A DNA stretch of 64,000 nt from an uncultured delta proteobacterium (GTDB taxonomy: Bacteria; Desulfobacterota; Syntrophobacteria; Syntrophobacterales; Syntrophobacteraceae): contig CAWEHK010000008.1 of assembly GCA_963808625.1 (NCBI GenBank), forward strand, positions 206,752 to 270,751, in the 5' to 3' direction. The position numbers and the translations under genes were made by a program. Numbering within the stretch: position 1 is the stretch's first letter; every line of letters starts with the position of its first letter. The notes beneath the pieces were generated by a model, which had not been told where the DNA came from, did not search any database, and saw only the letters and a program-made list of their open reading frames with translations. Shown here in pieces: positions 55,917 through 64,000 of the stretch.

Positions 55917-56573
55917 TTATCTTACCCGCAAACCGGCAATCTTGACGGCGCCACGGTTATAACCATCGGGGAATAGTATTCCCAGTTCCTCAATCTCAAG
56001 ATTATTCGCCTCACAAGTCTGATGAACCGTTGGCACGGCGCCGGTCTTTTGAAATTGCTCACGGAGGAACCGAATAATGCTCCAGTGCCTTTGCGTCAAG
56101 TCGGGCATTTTCATCTCTCGCGCCCGGAAGACGGCATACTCTTCATCCCACTCTGAAGGGTTGATCAGAAATCCCCATATGTTCACACGGTAGGTTCTCT
56201 CGGCCAGAGCCGTCGTTACTTTGGTCATTCTCTGGGTCGGCAGCCAGGAGGAGTGAACTTCTTCCTCAAAATAGGTTAGTCCCGCCAGCTTGCATGCTCC
56301 CCGCAGATAACCGGAAGGGAAGAGCCTCTTCAAATCAGCCAGCTTCATACCGCAATCCTTGCCAATTTCATGGACCATCGGACATCGGCCGGTTTCCGCA
56401 AGAGTATTTCGAATAAAGGTGATAATACACCAATGTTCGTTGGTCAGCCCGGAAAGGATCCCGACCAGGGGCGCCATTCCCTTGGCAAAATTCTCATCCC
56501 ACTGTTCCGGATGCAGCAGGAAACCCCCTTCATCCACCTCGTAAGCCTTGCCTTCAAATTCGATAGTTGCCAT
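55917..56573 (-). CDS. Tandem TusE/DsrC-like domain protein
   Basis: Two copies of GFL..P..W.E....HW.II.F.R....LFP.G...GA.K.AGL. Confidence 0.85.
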   Translation of the reverse strand: MATIEFEGKAYEVDEGGFLLHPEQWDENFAKGMAPLVGILSGLTNEHWCIITFIRNTLAETGRCPMVHEIGKDCGMKLADLKRLFPSGYLRGACKLAGLTYFEEEVHSSWLPTQRMTKVTTALAERTYRVNIWGFLINPSEWDEEYAVFRAREMKMPDLTQRHWSIIRFLREQFQKTGAVPTVHQTCEANNLEIEELGILFPDGYNRGAVKIAGLRVR

Positions 56574-56631
56574 GGTGCCCTCCTGATGTGTGTTGGCCCC
56601 GAAAAATGGCTAAAAAAACCTTCACCCTGCG

Positions 56632-58299
56632 CTACTGGAACTGATCCTGATTCACGATCGGCAGATAGATCGTGAAGGTTGTCCCCTGCCCTACCTTGCT
56701 GGCTACGGCAATCCTCCCCCCGAGCTTTTCGACAATGCTGTAGCTGATCGAGAGACCGAGCCCGGTACCCTTCCCCACTTCCTTGGTGGTAAAAAAAGGA
56801 TCAAAGATTTTGCTCAACACCTCGGCAGGAATTCCCGGGCCGGTGTCGGCGATGTTGATTGCCACCTCCCCGATCCGTTCGCAATAAACCGTCTGCACGG
56901 TAATGGTCCCATCCTTGCCAAGAGCGTCGATGGCATTGTTAAGAATGTTGAGAAATACCTGCTGAAGTTGCGTCGAATCGCTCGTCGTTTCCGGGAGGTT
57001 CAGAGCAAGCTCCGAGTGGATTTCAATATTCCGGTAATGGGCCTCATTGCGCAGGAAGTCGATCGTCTCCTCGAGAACCTTGTTGACATTGATCCGTTCC
57101 TGAGTGGGCTCCATTCTCCTCGCAAAACCCAGGAGGCGATGGGTCACCTTCTTTGCCCGGTCGACATGGTAATCGATCTTCCGCAGAGCGTCATCAAATT
57201 CCTGGAAATTCTCGCTCTTGGAAACTTCCTCCTCCGAAAGCAAATCCGTCAGCCACCCCACCTTCTCCTTGATCACCGCCAGAGGATTGTTCACCTCATG
57301 GGCAATGCCGGCGGCAAGCTTGCCGAGGGCGGCCATCTTGCTCGATTGCATCAGGCTCGCATCGAGGGTCGCTTTTTCACGCTCGGCGTTGATCAGCCGC
57401 GCAATCATCATGCGCGTGATAAGGACGGTCCCGGCAACGATGAGCAATACGCCCCCGAGTCCCAGGCCGATCACCAGAAACCTGGCACGCAGCAGGGGCA
57501 TCAGCTCCTCGCGCGGACTCTCCTTGATGACCAACATCCAATCCTTGTTCCTGAGCCAGGTCATGCCATAGATGTTGTTCTCACCGTTGACTGCCATTTC
57601 CTCGATGCGCGTTCCGGGAAACTTGGACAAATCGAAGTAGTCCAGCCGTTCAAGGAGCTCACCGCCAAAACGCGGGGGGGTCTGCAGGACGCCATTCCTG
57701 TTGAGGACAAAGGCATCGCCCCGCTGACCGACTTGTGCGGCCTTCACCATGGAATCGAAAATCTCGGTGTCGATCGTGGCCCGCAGGATCCAGCTCCGAT
57801 CTCCCTCGCGGCGCATCACCGCAAGGATGAAATGGGGAAACTTGCGAAACCCGGTAAAGACGTCGCTGATGTAGAAGCCCCGTAACATCACCTCCTGAAA
57901 CCATTCCTCGTTTTTGTAGCTAAGTCCCTTCAGTTCGTAGGGGCCGACATACGAAACATAGTGTCCATCCCAGTCAATAATGCCGACGTCAACATATGAT
58001 TTTGACCGCATCTGCATGAGCGTGAAGACCTTATTCAAATAGCCTTCATCTTTAAGCTGGTCGAAGGAATGGGTATAAGCCAGCGTGTATAGCTGGGATA
58101 CGCGCTCGTCGATAAACAAATCAATGGAGTTGCGTCGGTTCTCCACCCGGTTTCCCAGCATTTCAATGATCTTCGCCGTGTACGAGACGCTGAACTGGTA
58201 GTAGATACTGAGTCCCAGAGCGAAGAGCGGGATCAAGGAGAACGAGAGGGTCGTGGCGATGATCTTCCACTGCAGCTTCTTATAACTTTTCTCTTCCAT
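56632..58299 (-). CDS. Membrane histidine kinase with Cache-like sensor
   Basis: TM-sensor-[22 protein letters not shown]. Confidence 0.92.
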   Translation of the reverse strand: MEEKSYKKLQWKIIATTLSFSLIPLFALGLSIYYQFSVSYTAKIIEMLGNRVENRRNSIDLFIDERVSQLYTLAYTHSFDQLKDEGYLNKVFTLMQMRSKSYVDVGIIDWDGHYVSYVGPYELKGLSYKNEEWFQEVMLRGFYISDVFTGFRKFPHFILAVMRREGDRSWILRATIDTEIFDSMVKAAQVGQRGDAFVLNRNGVLQTPPRFGGELLERLDYFDLSKFPGTRIEEMAVNGENNIYGMTWLRNKDWMLVIKESPREELMPLLRARFLVIGLGLGGVLLIVAGTVLITRMMIARLINAEREKATLDASLMQSSKMAALGKLAAGIAHEVNNPLAVIKEKVGWLTDLLSEEEVSKSENFQEFDDALRKIDYHVDRAKKVTHRLLGFARRMEPTQERINVNKVLEETIDFLRNEAHYRNIEIHSELALNLPETTSDSTQLQQVFLNILNNAIDALGKDGTITVQTVYCERIGEVAINIADTGPGIPAEVLSKIFDPFFTTKEVGKGTGLGLSISYSIVEKLGGRIAVASKVGQGTTFTIYLPIVNQDQFQ

Positions 58300-58752
58300 C
58301 GATTATCACCCTGAAACCATCAATATTAGCCGATTCCTTCACCAACCCCTGGACGCCGTCTTAAAGCCTCTGCCATCCAATGAGCAGGGCTGGGCCGGTA
58401 CCGGACAACCCTGTACAGAGACCCGACAGCCTTGCGTGTGCCTGGTCAGCGTGCCGGATCAGTTATCCCCTGGTAATTCAAACTCAGTCCTCGCCGCATT
58501 GAACTCGGGAAAACCCCGCAGAGGTATCGCTGAAGAAGGTCCGCAAACAGCCATGCACTTGATTTGATACCCCTTTCAGTAACAGATTGTGCTTGCTTAG
58601 TACAGTCTTATTTGCCCAGCTCAATGACACCGTTCGATGGTGCAACTTCTTGAGGAATAACCGAGAAAGGGACCAAGACGGGTCGTGAGAAAATGCTCGC
58701 AAAGCCATCCCCAATTTTCATTATCCGATCCTTGTCTCCCACTCGAGGCCCG

Positions 58753-59682
58753 TCAGCCGATTGACTGCACAAAACCATTTTCCAGTCCAAGATCGAAAAC
58801 TGCGCGACACGCATACTCATATTCGCGTCGGCTTGTCTTGCGGTTGAGAGGCGGGGTATGGAGTGCTTCGTGCGCAGGAAAATACTGATGCATCAGGCTG
58901 ATCCAGACTTCCGGCCCGAATCTTTCCGCAAGAAAGGCAAGGTTCTGCGCGGTCCCGGCCAGGTCTTCGGGGAGCACAAGATGGCGGATCAGCATGCCCC
59001 GGTAGGCAATGCCTTCCGCGTCCACTTTGAGGGGGCCGACCTGGCGCCACATCTCCAGCAACGCCATGCGATTGCATTGCCACATAATCGGATCTCCGGG
59101 AACAGCGTTCTGCCACCGCAGGGTCAGCATACTTGATGTCCGGAAGATAGATGTCCACAATTCCTTCAAGCAACTCGCAGGATTTCAACCCGTTCGTACC
59201 CACTGGTGTTGTGCACGAGCGGCAGCCGGAACCCACGAGGGATGGCCCGGAGCAGGGCTTCCACCACCGCAGCCATCTGGTGCGTCGCCGTGACCAGGTT
59301 GAGGTTATGCGCCCCCTTCCTCTGGAGGTCCAGCATGCCCTCCGCCAATTCCTCTACGCTCAGATAACGGCCTACTCCCAGTTGGCTGATGGGATAATTC
59401 TGGCAGAAGATGCATTGGAGCGTGCAGCCGGAAAAAAAGATCGTTCCCGAACCACGAGTCCCGGAAATGGGCGGTTCTTCCCAGGGGTGGATGTTGACGG
59501 CGGCAACCTTTGGTCGTGCATCCACCCCGCACGCTCCCAGCTCGCCCGGCTTTCCGGTTAACGCCGCACCGGCGCGGGCAGAGAGTGCATGAGGCAAGCG
59601 CTTCACCCAGCTGGTTGGCCCTCTCGGTGAGGATGCCATGTTCGTATAGCGCGAGATAGCGTGGTTTCTCTTTTTTATCCAC
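58753..59682 (-). CDS. Radical SAM protein, PflX-like (several frameshifts)
   Basis: CTLCPRRCGV, HPWEEPPISG, GCTLQCIFCQN, DIYLPDIKY, RHLVLP across frames. Confidence 0.85.
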
Positions 59683-60149
59683 GAATGCACACGAAGAAAC
59701 ACGAAGAGATATTCAGGTTGCGGTACGCGTTATCTAACAAATCGTTTCCATTCCAGTTTTGTTGAGTTTCCAAAATTGATAAGTAAGCCGACACGAAGGC
59801 CGGTAGCTTTAAGATAATTCAACAACTGGGCATCTTCTCTCCCCGACAGATGTTCGAGGGCTTTCAATTCCACAACGATCTGTCGGTAGCATAAGAGATC
59901 CGAAACATATTCTTTCTTCAACTGTTGGCCTTTGTAGAGAATAATCAAAGGCATGTGGGCCTCAAAAGGAATCTGCCTTTTTCTGAGCTCGATTTCCATC
60001 GCTTCCTGATAAACCCCCTCCAAGAAACCAAAACCAAGCTCGTTGTGGACCTCCATTGCTGCCCCTACAACCGCATAGACTTCATCTTTGAGAATCAAAT
60101 CCATCAAATTCGGTTTTCCTTCGTGTCACTTCGTGTGAATTCGTGGATA
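59676..60149. repeat. 31-bp inverted repeats flanking the GxxExxY gene
   Basis: 59676-59706 reverse complement CTTCGTGTTTCTTCGTGTGCATTCGTGGATA versus 60119-60149 CTTCGTGTCACTTCGTGTGAATTCGTGGATA (28/31). Confidence 0.9.
59730..60107 (-). CDS. GxxExxY protein
   Basis: VHNELGFGFLEGVYQEA, DLL...IVVELKA, QLLNYLKATG...LINFG. Confidence 0.93.
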   Translation of the reverse strand: MMDLILKDEVYAVVGAAMEVHNELGFGFLEGVYQEAMEIELRKRQIPFEAHMPLIILYKGQQLKKEYVSDLLCYRQIVVELKALEHLSGREDAQLLNYLKATGLRVGLLINFGNSTKLEWKRFVR

Positions 60150-60152
60150 GAA

Positions 60153-62103
60153 TCAGCTCCATTTTTCACCATCCCAGACACCCTTGACCGTCCCTGATGC
60201 GGATACGTCATAGCCGCCGAGTGCGTTCACGGTATGGCGGCAGGAGGCGGAAACGATGATATCCAGGAGCAACCGGATTTTGGGATCGTCCCAACTGGCT
60301 TCGGGAATCACCAGGTCGTAGCGTTCTTCCGCAATGGGAATGAAGTCCAGATGCAGTGCCCTGGCGGAAGCATAAATTGCCATCCCGGCATCCGCCCGGC
60401 CACTGAGCACGTTCACGGCCACCGCCATGTGGGTGAATTCCTCCTGGTCGTAACCACGAATCCCGTCGCGTGAGAGCCCCGACTGCTGCAGGCAATAGTC
60501 CAGAAGGATGCGCGTACCGGCCCCGGCCTGGCGATTGATGAAAGTCACCTCGGGTCTGAGCAGGTCTTCAATTCCCCGGATGTTCTTGGGGTTTCCGGGG
60601 CGAATGAGCAGACCCTGCTGGCGCATTGCCAGCTGCACCAGGCGCAACGGCGTGCCTTTGAGATAGCGCTCGATGTAAGAGAAATTGTACTCACCGCTAT
60701 CCACATCCAGGAGATGGGAACCGGCCAGGTGAGTCTGTCCCCGGCGAATGGCCATGAGCCCGCCCAGGCTGCCGACATTGCTCGAGGAAAGGTGGAGCCG
60801 GCTGTCCCTCCGCTTCAGTTCGTTGGCGAGCACATCAATGGCGTTATCATGGCTCCCGATCATGATGAGGGTATGGTCCAGCTGCTCCTCGGGCCGAAGC
60901 AGGCGCACGCGCACGGTCTCTTCCACCTCGTGGCCTTCCAGGTCCTGGGGAATCTGCAGGATGCCATCGGCGCGCGTGAGCGAGGTAATGACGCCGGCGC
61001 CGCGCTGGAGGGGCATGGCGATGAGGCGCCCCTGCACCCGCCCGAGGATGACCCGCACGAATTCCTCGAGTCCCAGCTTGGACGGCATCTTACGGCCCAG
61101 AAACGCTTCCACCTCGGGAAAGGCCGGACATGGCAAACCCTGCAGAGCGTAGAGAAGAGGCCGCACAAATTGTTCGAAGGCCATAATGGCTGAGACCGAA
61201 TAGCCGGGGACACCGACGACGGGTTTGCCTTTGATCACGCCAAGGATCGTCGGCTTTCCCGGCATCATGGTCACGCCATGCACCAACACCTCGCCCAGCT
61301 CGTCAACGATTGCCGAAGTATAATCTTCGGACCCGGCGGACGAACCGGCATTGACCAGCACCACGTCGGTCGGCGCTTCAACGGCCCGCCGCAGCGCCTC
61401 CTTGATGGTCTCATAGTCATCCGCGACGATTCCCTGCAGGAGGGCCTCGCCGCCGCATTCCTGAACCAGTCCCGAAAGAATTGCCCCGTTGAATTCGACA
61501 ATCTGCCCGGGAGCAGCTTCTGCCGCTTCGCCTGGCATCGAGGAGTTCCGTGCCGGTGGGTTGAATCCAAACACGGGGACGAGTATAGACCGGAACTTCC
61601 TGGACTCCGCCGGCGAGCAGCACCCCGACGTCGGCAGGCCGAAGCCGGTGGTGCTGAGGCAAGAGCAGTTCCCCGGCGACCATATCCTCCCCGACTTTGC
61701 GCACATGCTGCCAGGGGAATGCTGCCGCGCGAATCTCCACCTCATCCTCTGCCACCGGTTCCACATATTCGATCATGACCACGGCATCGGTTTCAGGCGG
61801 CAAGGGGTCGCCGGTGTCAACCGCATGGGCCGTCTTCCCAAGCACGAGACGCAGCGGGTGAACCTCGCTTGCACCAAAGGTGTCTCGAGCCTTCACCGCA
61901 ATGCCGTCCATTGCCGAACCGTGATAATGCGGCACGGAACTCCCGGCAATGATCGGTTGCGCCAGGACCCTGCCAAGAGTCGACACCGCCGGGATGCCCT
62001 CGATTGCACAGCGGCAGGCTGCGGTCTTTTCTGCCCAAAGCCCCCGAGCTTCCTCAAGCGTCTTCATCTTCAGATAGACATTTCTCTTCGGTTTCACTGA
62101 CAT
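60153..62103 (-). CDS. moeA: Molybdopterin biosynthesis protein MoeA fused to a periplasmic-binding-protein-like domain (frameshift near 61535)
   Basis: SAMDGIAV, VDTGDPLP, PTGTEL, GSSAGSED, PGKP, then GSHD, GSLGG, RQAGAGTR, THMAVA. Confidence 0.9.
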
Positions 62104-62171
62104 ACGTAATACCTCCGGGGTGTCCCCGCGGCGTTGGGGCCCGGGGCCCATCATTTAGAGGTCGTCCGGCT

Positions 62172-62981
62172 TTACCGTTGAAAACCGAAACGCCCCCAGA
62201 ATTCTCGACGGAAACGCCTTGCCGTGCGCAGGTCGACCTCCGCAAAGTGAACCTGTTCCAGTTGATCCAGTTCCGTCCTCACCCAGTCGTTAGCGGTGTC
62301 AAGGCTCTTGAACCAGCGGCGGAAATCTTCCCGGTCGAGGATTTTCGGCAACTGAATGACAAAGCTCTGGCCGCCGTGCTGGTGGATTCGCTTGCCGTTC
62401 ATAACCGCATTGTAATCTGCGGTGTTGACGCCCACTACGGGCACGAAATTGTCAAACGCCCGCACCAGGGCCCCATGCTTCCAGTGGCCACGCAGAATAG
62501 GAAAGATGGCAAGGTTGAATACGACATCGACCCCTTGGTCTGCAAGCTGCCTTCCTGCTTCCGGTTGGCCCCAAAAGTCGATGCACACGGGGATGCCGAT
62601 CTTCCCAAAATCGGTCGTAAAGGCGCGAAATACCCCGTCTCCCGGCGAAATCCCCAGCTGTTCCCGCTCCAATACCCCCAGGTTGCGCTTCCGTTGTCGG
62701 CCGAAGATGCGGCCCGACCGGTCAAAAAGCGTGGCGGTATTGTAGAGACGATCACCCTCGGCCTCCACCAACCCGGCTATAAGGTATGTGTCGAGCTGAC
62801 GGGCTGCCGTGCCCAGTTCCTTTTCTCCCTGATAGGGAAAATACTCCGGGAAGCACACGACGTCGAGCCTTTCGCCGCGGCATTTTTCCAACAGCATCAA
62901 AGCGTGACCGATATTTCGCGGATCATCAAAGGTGGGATAGGGCTTGGGCTGGATGATGGCGATGCGAATCGTATCTTTCAT
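62172..62981 (-). CDS. Carbon-nitrogen hydrolase (nitrilase superfamily)
   Basis: Catalytic triad motifs CFPE, QRK and PVCID. Confidence 0.88.
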   Translation of the reverse strand: MKDTIRIAIIQPKPYPTFDDPRNIGHALMLLEKCRGERLDVVCFPEYFPYQGEKELGTAARQLDTYLIAGLVEAEGDRLYNTATLFDRSGRIFGRQRKRNLGVLEREQLGISPGDGVFRAFTTDFGKIGIPVCIDFWGQPEAGRQLADQGVDVVFNLAIFPILRGHWKHGALVRAFDNFVPVVGVNTADYNAVMNGKRIHQHGGQSFVIQLPKILDREDFRRWFKSLDTANDWVRTELDQLEQVHFAEVDLRTARRFRREFWGRFGFQR

Positions 62982-63927
62982 CTGTATTTATTCCTTTTTA
63001 GGAGCAACTTCGCCCTGGATTCCGGCTTTCGCCGGAATGACGATGGCGAGCGTCTTGACGATTTTGAGATGGCTTCCAAGGCAGGACTAACGAGTTTATG
63101 GTCCCTTCGTGTATATTTTGCTTTTTCTTCGTATGAATTCGTGGATCGGGCATTCTTTTCCCAATCGAGTTCCACCGCATAAGGAAAGTGATCCGATGGA
63201 TAACGCCCCTCGCGGTTCGCCCTCACCACCACCGCGTCGATCACGCGAAACTCGGGGCTTGCCAGAACCCAGTCCATGCGGCATTGCTGAGGGACTCCGA
63301 AAAAATTATGATGGGTCATGCTCGCTTCGTCTTCCCCCCGGAGAAGCGCTTGCCAGGTGTCGCGAAGGCCCGTTTCGGGGGCCGTCAGGACGCGGTGCAC
63401 GGCGGAACCGGGAACATCGTTGAAATCCCCCATCAGGACCCGTGGTCCCGGTCGCCGGCCGAACCACTCGGCGAGGATTTTGGCCTGCTCCAGGCGAGCT
63501 TCATGCCCAAGATGATCCAGGTGGGTTACTGCTGTCCAGAATGACACCCGGTTCGCCACATCTTCCATGAGGCCAAAATTCATCATGCGCGGAAAGGCGC
63601 TGCCCCAGTCCTTACTCCGGTGCACCGAAGGAGTCTTCGACAGCCAGAACTCCCCCCCTCGAGCAGGCGGAATTGCTCCGGCCGGTAAAACAAAGTGGGA
63701 TACTGGCACGTATCATCCCAAACCCGTTCAAAAGCCTGCATCCGGTAGTGAGGCAGGTGCTCCTGCAAGTACGCGAGCTGCCTTTGCGTCCCTTCCTGGG
63801 TCCCGAAAACCGCCGGCGCCGACTCGGCAATTACCTCAACCAGCAGGTCCCTGCGATATGACCAGGCGTTCTTCCCATCGCGGTCGTTGTCAAAACGGAG
63901 ATTAAAAGTCATGATCTGCATCGGCAT
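62978..63927 (-). CDS. Endonuclease/exonuclease/phosphatase family protein (frameshift near 63655)
   Basis: MTFNLR, GTQE, THLDH, MGDFN, MDWV, SDHFP. Confidence 0.87.
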
Positions 63928-64000
63928 CCGCCCGGTTTCCCCTCCCCCTCCTCGCGTCTAGACCAGCCCCTGACGTACACGTAAGATTTACATTGTCTAA

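Overview
GC-rich bacterial chromosomal segment whose gene content points to an anaerobic Desulfobacterota (Syntrophobacter-like) organism; this is inferred from gene content only. Many conserved genes are split by single-base indels, most likely long-read assembly errors, so they are called as single CDSs. Left to right: (1) a metF-like/hdrA/mvhD(Sec)/metV/metF redox operon; (2) two-component genes and a CBS/DUF47/Pit phosphate operon ending in a kinase-less PhoR-type sensor; (3) two related modules built from a TauE/SafE-family membrane protein, a DVU0150-like membrane peptide, a PEP-synthase-like dikinase, a universal stress protein and many response regulators, one with a sigma-54 promoter and activator; (4) a 2081-aa surface protein with vWA, 14 near-identical 40-aa repeats, five FN3 domains and a C-terminal FGE/CLec domain; (5) a ~7.5 kb putative defence island (degenerate SIR2-TIR, STAND ATPase-TM-21xWD40, a structured RNA candidate, MNT-HEPN) bounded by a diverged 113-bp duplication of the activator gene's 3' end; (6) a signalling operon with a tandem DsrC-like protein; (7) a housekeeping operon containing a GxxExxY gene between 31-bp inverted repeats whose solo copies, often fused to heptamer arrays, recur at gene boundaries across the window. 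No rRNA, tRNA, CRISPR array, integrase, transposase or reverse transcriptase was recognised.
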